This document shows positions 51,692 to 60,749 of a stretch of 64,000 nt of DNA, one piece after another. The notes beneath the pieces were generated by a model that was given only the letters and a program-made list of their open reading frames with translations, was not told the origin of the DNA and did not search any database. Both the position numbers and the translations under genes were made by a program. Source of the stretch: Candidatus Hydrogenedentota bacterium (GTDB lineage Bacteria > Hydrogenedentota > Hydrogenedentia > Hydrogenedentales > JAEUWI01); NCBI GenBank assembly GCA_034669905.1, contig JAXMOL010000018.1:64001-128000 (forward strand), in the 5' to 3' direction. The first letter of the stretch is position 1, and each line of letters begins with the position of its first letter.

Positions 51692-52384
51692 ATGCTCCCT
51701 GGTAATATCGAAATCGGCGTAATTCTCTTACAATACTTCTGCCTTCTTTTTTCGCTCTGCGTCCACGAAGCGGCCCACGCGGCCATGGCCAACCAGTGTG
51801 GTGACCCGTCGGCCCGGCTCATGGGGCGTATGAGTATTGACCCGCGCAAACATATCGACCCCCTGGGTACGGTCATTCTGCCCTTGTTCATGATGATAAC
51901 GAATAGTCCCTACCTCTTCGGCTGGGCCAAGCCCGTGCCCTTTAACCTGCGAAATCTCGGTAACATGCGCCGGGACCCCGTGTTGATTGCCCTCGCAGGG
52001 CCTATTTCCAATGTTTTTATCGCCCTAACCAGCGCCATTCTGATGCGGATATTGTTGCTCCTCGTCGCAAATGATATCGCCGTGCCGAACCCGGACATTT
52101 TTGTTAAGTTCCTGGGGAGCATGATTATCATCAATGTGGTGTTAGCACTATTCAATATGATTCCTTTGCCGCCCCTCGATGGACACCATGTGCTCTACTA
52201 TTTCCTGCCCCAGAGCGGGAAAGACATGCTCATGCGTATTGGGCCATTCGGCATTATCATTGCCATCGTATTTTTGGTCCCCGTGCTTACGACGCCCATG
52301 TCTCTCTGCTTTTATTTCTTCATGATGATTGGGGCACAGGGTCTGGCCGATATTCCACAGTTGATAAACTTTATCTTGGCCTGA
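51692..52384 (+). CDS. Site-2 protease (M50) family intramembrane metalloprotease
   Basis: HEAAH, FGWAKPVP, ALAGPISN, FNMIPLPPLDG. Confidence 0.94.
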   Translation: MLPGNIEIGVILLQYFCLLFSLCVHEAAHAAMANQCGDPSARLMGRMSIDPRKHIDPLGTVILPLFMMITNSPYLFGWAKPVPFNLRNLGNMRRDPVLIALAGPISNVFIALTSAILMRILLLLVANDIAVPNPDIFVKFLGSMIIINVVLALFNMIPLPPLDGHHVLYYFLPQSGKDMLMRIGPFGIIIAIVFLVPVLTTPMSLCFYFFMMIGAQGLADIPQLINFILA

Positions 52385-52425
52385 GCCAAACGCCCCGCAT
52401 TGCGTCGAATCACGTCGTCCCATTC

Positions 52426-52434
52426 TGCTATACT
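52426..52434 (+). promoter_or_regulatory. Putative extended -10 promoter of valS
   Basis: TGCTATACT (TGn-TATACT) about 125 nt upstream of the valS ATG. Confidence 0.4.
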
Positions 52435-52560
52435 TCCGCCTTCCCATCGCCAGATCCCGGGCCGATTCTATGTGTGTCCTGGCAGTACCCACTCCGTGTG
52501 GAAGCGATGCGCATACTCCTTTGATTAAACAGGTTACGAAGAAGCCAACAGGAGAATCCC

Positions 52561-55251
52561 ATGGATTTGCCGAAGAAGTATAACCCCCAGGATGCCGAGC
52601 AGAAATGGCTCGCAAGCTGGGATGAGACGGGTATTTATAAGTGGGACGAGACCAAGAGTCGCGACGAGAGCTTCGTCGTGGATACGCCCCCGCCCACCGT
52701 CAGTGGCTCCCTCCATGTAGGCCACCTCTTCAGCTATTCCCACCAGGACTTCATCGTCCGTTTCCAGCGGATGATGGGTAAAAACATCTTTTTCCCCATC
52801 GGCTGGGATGACAACGGCCTGCCCACCGAGCGGCGGGTGCAGAACCTCCTCAACGTCAAGTGCGAAGCCCACCTGCCCTACGACCCGGATTTCAAGGCTG
52901 AGCGCGGCAAGAAAGGCGACGCTACGCCCATCAGCCGGAAGAACTTCGTCGAGCTCTGTGACGAGGTCATCGTGGACGACGAAAAGGCCTTCAAGCAGCT
53001 CTGGACCCGTCTCGGCATGAGCTACGACTGGGACCAGGAATACGCCACCATCAACGAGCACTCCCGGCGTACGTCGCAATTCAGCTTCCTGGAGCTTCTC
53101 GAAAAAGGGGAGATCTATCAGGACGAAAAGCCCGTCATGTGGGATGTGGATTTCCAGACCGCCATCGCCCAGGCCGAGCTCGAAGACAAGGAGCGGCCCG
53201 CGGCCTACAACTTCATTCGCTTCGGCGTGGAAGGCAGTGACGAGAAACTCGTCGTCGCCACGACCCGTCCCGAGTTGCTCCCCGCCTGTGTGGCCGTATT
53301 GGTGCACCCGGAAGATGAACGCTTCAAGGATTTCGTGGGCAAGAACGCTGTTTCGCCCCTCTTCGAGGTCCCGGTACCCATCATGGCCGACGAGAAAGCC
53401 GACCCGGAAAAGGGCACCGGTGTGGTCATGGTCTGTACCTTCGGCGACCAGACCGACGTGGAATGGTGGCAGGCCTTTAAACTGCCCCTCCGTCAGATAA
53501 TCGGACGCGATGGACACTTGCTTCCCGTGGAATTTGTGAAGGCGGGCGAGGGCGGCCATGAAAAGGACACCCATCTGGAGAAAATGGAGGATGGCCGGGA
53601 CGTGGTGCGCAGCCTCGGTGCCGCACGCATGATTCCCAGCTTGAACCCTGAGAAGGCCAATTCGATTTACGGCACCATCCAGGGGAAATACACCAAGCAG
53701 GCGCAAAAGCTCATTATCGCCGCGGCAGAGGAAAGCGGTACTGTCATCGACCGCCCCGCCGAAAACATCACCCACGCGGTGAAATTCTTCGAAAAAGGCG
53801 ACCGTCCCCTGGAGTTGGTGCCCGCCCGTCAGTGGTACACCAAAATCATGGATAAGAAGGACGAACTCGTGGGCCAGGGCCGCAAAATCAAGTGGCACCC
53901 GGAATACATGGAAAAGCGCTACGCCCACTGGGTCGAAGGCCTCAACCAGGACTGGTGCCTCAGCCGTCAGCGCTACTTTGGCGTACCTATCCCCGTATGG
54001 TACCGCATCGACGAGCATGGCGAAGTCTGTTACGACCAGCGCATTCTGCCCTCCGTCGAATCCCTGCCCATCGACCCCCTGTCCGAATGCCCCGAAGGCT
54101 TTACCGCCGATCAGCGCGATCAGCCGGGCGGCTTCACCGGCGATCCCGACGTGCTCGATACGTGGGCCACGAGCTCCCTCTCGCCCCAGGTCGCCTCCCA
54201 ATGGGTCAATGACAAAGGGCGTCACCAGAAGCTCTTCCCCATGGACATGCGCCCCCAGGGCCACGACATTATCCGCACATGGGCCTTCTACACCATCGTA
54301 AAGGCCTATCTCCACGAGAAGGAAGTGCCCTGGCACAATGTGGTCCTCAGTGGCTGGATTCTCGATCCCGACCGGAAGAAAATGTCCAAGAGCCAGGGCA
54401 ACGTGGTTACCCCCGAGCCCCTCATCGACCAGTTTGGTGCCGATGCGGTGCGCTATTGGGCCGCCCGCGCCCGCCTGGGCGTGGACACCTCCTTCGACGA
54501 GAAGGTCTTCAAGGTCGGCAAGAAGCTCGTGACCAAGCTCTTCAATGCCAGCAAGTTTGCCATGGGCCGTTTCGACGATGTGCCCGCCGAACAGCTCACG
54601 CCCGACAAGATCACGGTGGAGCTCGATCGCGCGGTTATCGCTGAGTTGCGCCCCGTGATTGAAAAGGCCACCGCCGCCTTCAAGGAATTCGACTACGCCC
54701 AGGCACTCAGTCTGGCGGAAGGCTATTTCTGGAGCGTCTACTGCGACAACTACCTCGAGATGGCCAAGCAGCGCACCTACGACGAAGAACTCACGGTCGG
54801 TCGCCTCTCCGCCTGCGCCACCCTCCGTCTCGTGCACCGCGCCCTCGTCCGCATGATGGCCCCCTTCATCCCCTACATCACCGAAGAAGTCTGGGGCTGG
54901 GCCTACGCCGACGACGCCGACATGGCGAAGAGCATCCACAAGAGCCCCTGGCCCACCCTGGATGAATTCGCCGCCGTCGAAGCACCCGAACATGCCACCA
55001 GCTACGACGCCACGGTCGCCGTGGTAGACGCCATCCGCCGCGCCAAAGCCGACGCCGCCGTCAGCATGGCCGCCCCCGTGGAGTCTGCGAAGATTACCGT
55101 GGCTGCGGGTAACGTCGCCGCCGTGGAAGCCACCCTCGACGACATCCAGCGCATGCTGAAAATCGAGACGGCGACCGTAATCGCGGGCGAAGTCGAAAAC
55201 GGCCTGGCCAGCGTAGAGACCGTGCTGGCCCCGGTGCCCGCCGCCGAATAA
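52561..55251 (+). CDS. valS: Valine--tRNA ligase (type 2, archaeal/actinobacterial-like)
   Basis: DTPPPTVSGSLHVGH, WDDNGLPTER, TTRPELL, DWCLSRQR, PQGHDIIRTW, KMSKS. Confidence 0.96.
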   Translation: MDLPKKYNPQDAEQKWLASWDETGIYKWDETKSRDESFVVDTPPPTVSGSLHVGHLFSYSHQDFIVRFQRMMGKNIFFPIGWDDNGLPTERRVQNLLNVKCEAHLPYDPDFKAERGKKGDATPISRKNFVELCDEVIVDDEKAFKQLWTRLGMSYDWDQEYATINEHSRRTSQFSFLELLEKGEIYQDEKPVMWDVDFQTAIAQAELEDKERPAAYNFIRFGVEGSDEKLVVATTRPELLPACVAVLVHPEDERFKDFVGKNAVSPLFEVPVPIMADEKADPEKGTGVVMVCTFGDQTDVEWWQAFKLPLRQIIGRDGHLLPVEFVKAGEGGHEKDTHLEKMEDGRDVVRSLGAARMIPSLNPEKANSIYGTIQGKYTKQAQKLIIAAAEESGTVIDRPAENITHAVKFFEKGDRPLELVPARQWYTKIMDKKDELVGQGRKIKWHPEYMEKRYAHWVEGLNQDWCLSRQRYFGVPIPVWYRIDEHGEVCYDQRILPSVESLPIDPLSECPEGFTADQRDQPGGFTGDPDVLDTWATSSLSPQVASQWVNDKGRHQKLFPMDMRPQGHDIIRTWAFYTIVKAYLHEKEVPWHNVVLSGWILDPDRKKMSKSQGNVVTPEPLIDQFGADAVRYWAARARLGVDTSFDEKVFKVGKKLVTKLFNASKFAMGRFDDVPAEQLTPDKITVELDRAVIAELRPVIEKATAAFKEFDYAQALSLAEGYFWSVYCDNYLEMAKQRTYDEELTVGRLSACATLRLVHRALVRMMAPFIPYITEEVWGWAYADDADMAKSIHKSPWPTLDEFAAVEAPEHATSYDATVAVVDAIRRAKADAAVSMAAPVESAKITVAAGNVAAVEATLDDIQRMLKIETATVIAGEVENGLASVETVLAPVPAAE

Positions 55252-55271
55252 CCACACAAGACCCCAAATAC

Positions 55272-55305
55272 AACGCCGCGTACCTTCGGGTGCGCGGCGT
55301 TTTTT
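55272..55305 (+). terminator. Intrinsic terminator of valS
   Basis: AACGCCGCGTACC-TTCG-GGTGCGCGGCGTT hairpin plus T-run. Confidence 0.85.
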
Positions 55306-55352
55306 ATGCGGTGGCTGCAACGGGCCTCGTCGTGTCACCAAGGGCCATTCGA

Positions 55353-55373
55353 CCTGCGCTCCCAATTGTCACC
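55353..55373. repeat. Partial REP upstream of RAYT
   Basis: CCTGCGCTCCCAATTGTCACC is the exact reverse complement of 56149-56169. Confidence 0.8.
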
Positions 55374-55485
55374 ACGTTACTTTTCAGACTATGGTTGTCT
55401 TCCCAGAATCCATGTTTCAACTTTACAGATAAAAGCAATAGTGCTAGGGTAGGGGTGAAAGTGTGAATTGTAAGCATTTGGAGGC

Positions 55486-56085
55486 ATGAACATGCGAGGC
55501 TGGTATTCTCGGGGTTATCTTCCGCACTACGACGAACCGGGTAAGGTTCAGTTCATCACCTATCGTCTGCATGATTCCCTGCCGAAGGCGCTACTCGAAG
55601 CCTGGGACGAGGCGCTGCGCAACAAGGAAATCGATGAATTGAAGCGTATGCGAAAGATCGAGCGCTATCTCGACAAGGGCCACGGCGCTTGCTGGTTGCG
55701 GCAGCCCGCCGTTGCGGAAATGATTCAAGATAACCTGCGTCACTTCGATGGCGAGCGTTACCGGTTGCTCGCATGGTGTGTGATGCCGAATCACGTTCAC
55801 GTGATTATCGAAACGGTCGAGGGCTATTCCATGGAATCGGTGACCCATTCCTGGAAATCCTACTCGGCTCATCAACTAAACCGTATTGTCGCTCGCAAGG
55901 GATGCGTATGGCAGACAGAAGTCTTCGACCGCTATATGCGCGGCCCGTTGCATCTGGCGCGAACCCTCTTCTACGTCGAGCAGAATCCCGTTACTGCGAG
56001 TTTGGTCGCACTCCCTGGAGACTGGCCCTATGGAAGTGCCCGATTTCGCCAGGAAATCGAACCCTACGATGCCTACCGAATGTGA
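55486..56085 (+). mobile_element. REP-associated tyrosine transposase (RAYT, IS200/Y1 HUH family)
   Basis: RGYLPHYD, FITYRLHDSLP, VMPNHVH (HUH), WKSYSA, WQ.E.FDR, YVEQNPV, WPYGSA; flanked by REPs. Confidence 0.92.
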
Positions 56086-56148
56086 AATAAACTATCCATT
56101 CATCGCGGCTTGCAGCCGACCGCACCGCGTCGCCGTCCCAAGAAAAAC

Positions 56149-56323
56149 GGTGACAATTGGGAGCGCAGGCGGCCCGCCTGCTGGGTAATGGATGAAAACG
56201 GTGACCATGGACATACACTGACATTAAACGAAGGAAGGCAGAAGATGACCGGTTCGAATTGACCCTCTTCTTTCTTGCACCTTTCGGTGCGATGCAGGCG
56301 AGCCGCCTGCGCTCCCAATTGTC
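56149..56323. repeat. REP doublet (REPIN) downstream of RAYT
   Basis: 56152-56181 and 56294-56323 are 30-nt inverted copies (1 mismatch), each with an internal GCAGGCG..CGCCTGC palindrome. Confidence 0.85.
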
Positions 56324-56454
56324 GCATGTTTCTTTTCAGGATGCTGGCCCCTGCATCCAATCCCGCGCGAAGTGGGCGTAGTAGAATGAACATTAGACCG
56401 GGAGAGTCCATGGCAGACTCCTCCCAGAATAGCGTTCACGGCCATACGACTTCC

Positions 56455-57771
56455 TCAGGGGAACCGCTTCAAAAAGATATCCTTAAACTGTACTTTCATG
56501 GGCGTGTGGGCGTGCAGTTGGAGCGCCAGGATACCCGAGGCATCGAATTCCTTGGTGTCATAGTCGACAAATACTGCGGACACCACGCCGTTGACGCGGA
56601 GTGTCATCCGGTGGCCGTGGGCGGTGACATGGTAATCGTTCCATTCGCCAAGGGGGCGCAGCGCGACGGGCTCCCCGATGGGCGTGACGGTGCGCTTACC
56701 CTCAAAGTCCATGACCGTCTTATGCCCATTGGGCACCATGAGGGGCTCGCGCCCCGTGTATTCATCGGCGAGGGCGCCACACCAGGGACCGCCCGGCAGT
56801 ATGTCCGCCTGATAGCCCACGCCCGTGCCGTCGTCGGCGATTCGGCTCCGGAACTGAATGCCCGAATTGCCCGTCGTCTCCCCAAGCCGGAACTTTGCCT
56901 TCAGCTCGAAATTCGCCACATCGCCGCCCTGCCAGACGAGAAACTTGTTCTTGGTGATGGGTTGGGCTTCTGACCATTGACCCGTAATGGCCTCATCCTC
57001 CACGGACCAATGGTCCATGTCGGATGCCTTCCAACCCGACAGGGTTTCGCCGTCAAAGAGGGAGACAAAGGGCGCGTCCTGTTTGTTGGCGGCCGGTGCC
57101 CAGATCTTCACATCGTCGAACCAGCCGATATCGTTGAAGCTGCCCAGGCCCAGCAACCCCTCCGTGAAGGTGATGTCGTTGGCCACCATGGCAGGCGTGC
57201 TCATATCGTCCACGTAGACGGTGATATCGCCCGCCAACACATCGCGGACGATACGAACATCGTGCCACGGGTCGCCCCACGGGGTGCCGTCACTGCGTTT
57301 GATGGCGATGGACTTGCGCTCCGCGTTGTCGACGAGGAACACCGTGTTGGCCCCTTTGTCTGCCACGGGGGCAAAATGCACGTAGTAAAACTGGTAGTCG
57401 TCTTCGGCATTCAGGACAACACAGAGATCCTGGTGGGGATATTCCTTGCCCCGATGTCGCAGCCGCGCTTCGAGGATAAAACTCCCCAGGGAAAGGCCTT
57501 CGATGGTGGCCACGGACTGGGGGGCGAAGTAGTCCCGGGGATTGCCCCCGGTGGTCGCGAGGGACAACACATGGTTGCCCGTCTCAACTTCCTGCTCGAT
57601 TTTCCAGTTGTCGGGATCGGCGAAGGCCCAGCCGTCGGAGCCCGATTCGAAGTCATCCTCGAAAACGAGTTCGAGATCGGCTTTCTCAAGGGCCGTCGCG
57701 CCAAGGGGCCAGAGCAGGGTAGTAAGGAGGAGTAGGATGAGGATTCTGCGTGGATGGTGCCCGTAGTGCAT
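56455..57771 (-). CDS. Exported DUF1080 (3-keto-disaccharide hydrolase-like) protein with additional N-terminal lectin-like domain
   Basis: SLFDGETLSGW, NFELKAKF, GNSGIQFR, GYQADI, EWNDY, GILALQLH, FKDI. Confidence 0.88.
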   Translation of the reverse strand: MHYGHHPRRILILLLLTTLLWPLGATALEKADLELVFEDDFESGSDGWAFADPDNWKIEQEVETGNHVLSLATTGGNPRDYFAPQSVATIEGLSLGSFILEARLRHRGKEYPHQDLCVVLNAEDDYQFYYVHFAPVADKGANTVFLVDNAERKSIAIKRSDGTPWGDPWHDVRIVRDVLAGDITVYVDDMSTPAMVANDITFTEGLLGLGSFNDIGWFDDVKIWAPAANKQDAPFVSLFDGETLSGWKASDMDHWSVEDEAITGQWSEAQPITKNKFLVWQGGDVANFELKAKFRLGETTGNSGIQFRSRIADDGTGVGYQADILPGGPWCGALADEYTGREPLMVPNGHKTVMDFEGKRTVTPIGEPVALRPLGEWNDYHVTAHGHRMTLRVNGVVSAVFVDYDTKEFDASGILALQLHAHTPMKVQFKDIFLKRFP

Positions 57772-57816
57772 TATCTGGCCTTCCGATTTGGTCGCCCGCC
57801 GTCTTTGCCTGTCTCA

Positions 57817-58086
57817 CTACAGATCGCGGTAGGAATCACTTCGCGGGCGAATTCGAAGTATCTGGACCACAACGCGTTTGTCTTCGATTTCGTAGATGAT
57901 CCGATAATTCCCCAGCCGAATCCGGTAGGTGTGGTCGAGACCGGAGAGTTTGCGACATCCATCGGGCCTTGGGTTATCCGCGAGGGATTCAACCTTTTGT
58001 TGAACGCTGGAACGGACCTTGGCGGAAAGTTTCCGAAACTCCTTCAACGCCGAAGGCTTCCATTCAATCTGGTAAGGCACCGTCAT
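57817..58086 (-). CDS. relE: Type II toxin, RelE/ParE family
   Basis: YQIEWKPSALKEFRKL, LADNPRPDGCRKLSG, YRIRLGNYRIIYEI. Confidence 0.9.
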   Translation of the reverse strand: MTVPYQIEWKPSALKEFRKLSAKVRSSVQQKVESLADNPRPDGCRKLSGLDHTYRIRLGNYRIIYEIEDKRVVVQILRIRPRSDSYRDL

Positions 58087-58276
58087 CTTCCACGAGTCGC
58101 ATGGCAGTTTCATGGGGAATACTCGTCTCGCCCCGCCGTCGTTCGATTTCTTCGGCGTCCGCCAAGTCTTCCAGGAGTTCTGTCACGGCAGCGAATTCGT
58201 CCATCGAGAGAATTACGGCGACGCGATCACCATTTGCGTCAGTCACAAATTGAGGTTTTAGTATGGGAGAAGTCAT
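58064..58276 (-). CDS. Cognate type II antitoxin
   Basis: PQFVTDANGDRVAVILSMDEF..LLEDLAD; small acidic ORF overlapping the toxin start. Confidence 0.82.
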   Translation of the reverse strand: MTSPILKPQFVTDANGDRVAVILSMDEFAAVTELLEDLADAEEIERRRGETSIPHETAMRLVEDDGALPD

Positions 58277-58301
58277 CGGTTTCCACCTTGAGTTGTTCCC
58301 A

Positions 58302-58310
58302 ATTATAGCA
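58302..58310 (-). promoter_or_regulatory. Putative extended -10 promoter of the TA operon
   Basis: Minus strand TGCTATAAT, 25 nt upstream of the antitoxin ATG. Confidence 0.55.
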
Positions 58311-58399
58311 CAAGATCGACCGGGCCAATCCGACGAACTGCTGTGGTTGCCGCGAATGCGTTGCAACGTGTGCACCTTTTGAATCCGAAGTAGGCGCCG

Positions 58400-60493
58400 C
58401 TAATCCACCAAGTCCATCCTATCCGGCAGGTGCTTAATCTTAATGTCTTTAAGCGCCACCGTCATGGGCGCGCCCACGTGTACCTGAAACGCCAAGACGC
58501 CTTCCAAGGAACGCCCGGCCTCGTCGAGGTCCACCACGTCGGTCGTGGGTTGGCCGTCAATCCAATGTTGATAGTGGTTGCCTTCGACGAGAATACGGTA
58601 CTCGTGCCATTCACCGGCAGCAAACTCCGGCGCGGGTGTCGATTCCTTCACCTCCGGCTTGCCATCGGCTCCGATCACCGTCGTCTGGCCGGACTGGGAC
58701 AGGATGCCACGGCCCCGCTCTTCGTAGAGCATGCCGTTGTACGCCGGCGTGTCGGCCACGATATCGCACTGGTAGCCCGAGACCACGTGGAGGCCGATTT
58801 CCGGCCGCGACGTGCTGCGATACTGGATGCCGCTGTTCCCGCCGGGCGTGATCTTTACTTTCACCCGCAGGTCGAAATTCCGGATGGTCGAGCCTTTCCA
58901 CGAGAGAAAGCTGTTCACTTTCAGTGTGCCGTCGGTCTGCCCCGTGATGGCACCGTCCTTCACGGACCAAAGGGCATTGTCGCCCGTCCAGCCCTGGAGA
59001 TTTTTCCCATTGAAAAGATTCACGAAGCCGTCCTCACCGGGCTTGTCCGTCACGGCGGCCGAAGCCTCGGGGTGGGGGACCGTGGAATTGGTGAAGGGCG
59101 CTTTCAGGGGATCGATGGGCCCACCCAGCGCCGCGACCCGCTCCGTCGTGCGCTCGCGAAGGGCCTTGAGTGTGTCTGCATAGGCCGTGTCGCCCGCGAG
59201 GTTCACCAGCTCATCGGGGTCGGCCTTCAGATCATGGAGAAACTCGTAGTCGTTGTCGAAGTAGCGCACGTATTTATAGTCATCCGTGCGGACGCCCTCA
59301 AAGGCGGGAATGCGCGTGCGCACGGCGAAGTGTTCGTGGAAGGTTTCGGTGCGCCAATCGGCCGGCATCTCTGCCTCTACCACCGGGCGAATACTGCGGC
59401 CCTGATAGCGCGTCGGAATCTCGGCACCGGCCCAATCGAGGAAGGTGGCCGGCAGGTCGAGATTGAGCGCCATGGCATCCGTCACCTTGCCCCGCTGCGC
59501 TGCAGGCACCCGGGGATCGGCGACGATAAGGGGCACACGGATGCTTTCTTCATAGTGCGACCACTTGCCCGCCAGGCCCCGATTGGCCATGTGATAGCCA
59601 TTATCAGCGGAGTAGACGATGATGGTGTTCTCCGCCAGGCCCGCCGCTTCCAGGGCCTCCAGAAAGCGCCCGACGGCCGAATCAATACCACTCACCATGC
59701 GGTAGTAGGACTGCATGTTCACCTGGTACTTCATGTCCGTGTTCCAGCGCCAGAAATAGCGCTCCCGGGTGATGCTTGTCTGGAAGAAGTCCGGCAACGC
59801 TTCAAAAATGGCCGGGTCGTGGAGCTGGGGTGGGGCCATGCTCAGGCCGTCATACATCCCGTCGGTTCCTTGGGGCCAGGGAAACTGGCCAATACCCGGA
59901 CGGCGGTCACCATCTTCCGCGTGACAGGCGTTGAACCAGAGATTGAGGGCGAAGGGTTTGTCGGCCGGTTGCTTCTTGATGAAGTCGATGCCCTTGTCCA
60001 CGATGAGGTCCGTCTCGTGGCGAAGGCTGCCATCGGGCATCGTCTTGTAGTAGGGGTTGCGCCCGATGACTTCGATTTCGTCAAAGTGCTCTTCCCGCTT
60101 GAAGCTCTTGGGCATGCGGGCGTGCCATTTGCCAAAGTATCCCGTGCGATAGCCCTTTTCCCGGAGGATGTCGGTATACAGCGTTTCCACCGCATCCGGC
60201 CGGGCCTGATCCGGGTCGTCGGGCGTGCCGAAGCCCCGACCCGTGAGTCCCGTGAGAATGGTGGTACGGCTCACCCAGCAAATGGGATGGCTCACAAAGG
60301 CGTTGGTAAAGCGCACACCCTCTTGGGCCAGCTTATCGAGGTGGGGCGTCTGCACCACGTCGTTGCCGTAACAGCCGATGGTGCTGGTGGTCTGATCATC
60401 GGCAAAGAAAAAAACGATGTTCGGCGGGGTGGCGGCGTGCGTGATTTGCGCAAGGGTCACGACGAAGAAAAGACAAGTGATTGGGATTCTCAT
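58400..60493 (-). CDS. Sulfatase fused to C-terminal DUF1080 domain
   Basis: PNIVFFFADD, CWVSR, GYRTGYFGKWH, SADNG, GKW..YEESIRVP; then NLFNGKNLQGW, GNSGIQYR. Confidence 0.92.
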   Translation of the reverse strand: MRIPITCLFFVVTLAQITHAATPPNIVFFFADDQTTSTIGCYGNDVVQTPHLDKLAQEGVRFTNAFVSHPICWVSRTTILTGLTGRGFGTPDDPDQARPDAVETLYTDILREKGYRTGYFGKWHARMPKSFKREEHFDEIEVIGRNPYYKTMPDGSLRHETDLIVDKGIDFIKKQPADKPFALNLWFNACHAEDGDRRPGIGQFPWPQGTDGMYDGLSMAPPQLHDPAIFEALPDFFQTSITRERYFWRWNTDMKYQVNMQSYYRMVSGIDSAVGRFLEALEAAGLAENTIIVYSADNGYHMANRGLAGKWSHYEESIRVPLIVADPRVPAAQRGKVTDAMALNLDLPATFLDWAGAEIPTRYQGRSIRPVVEAEMPADWRTETFHEHFAVRTRIPAFEGVRTDDYKYVRYFDNDYEFLHDLKADPDELVNLAGDTAYADTLKALRERTTERVAALGGPIDPLKAPFTNSTVPHPEASAAVTDKPGEDGFVNLFNGKNLQGWTGDNALWSVKDGAITGQTDGTLKVNSFLSWKGSTIRNFDLRVKVKITPGGNSGIQYRSTSRPEIGLHVVSGYQCDIVADTPAYNGMLYEERGRGILSQSGQTTVIGADGKPEVKESTPAPEFAAGEWHEYRILVEGNHYQHWIDGQPTTDVVDLDEAGRSLEGVLAFQVHVGAPMTVALKDIKIKHLPDRMDLVD

Positions 60494-60749
60494 GGGGATG
60501 ATGCCTTCTTTTTTGGGCGTAGAACGAGGTTGCGTTTCACCTGGTCGAACGGGCGCCTGAGGGGACCGTAGCCGTGGTGAAACAATCGTTTGCATCATAC
60601 CGATTGGGGGAACTTCTTTGCCAGTTGGTGATGGAGCGGAAACCTTGGGAATAGCTTGCTCACCCCGTAACCAGGAGTTCCGAAACGCATCTTCGAAACG
60701 GCATGCAGCTACTTCTTGTGGTGGGTGAAAGCGGGGGGATCAACGCAAC

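Noticed and set aside
52385..52560. Possible T-box riboswitch ahead of valS
   Set aside because: No GGTGGxACCGCG T-box consensus or terminator/antiterminator visible.
52534..55365. 943-aa minus-strand ORF
   Set aside because: Mirror of valS.
58430..60571. 713-aa plus-strand ORF
   Set aside because: Mirror of the sulfatase-DUF1080 gene.
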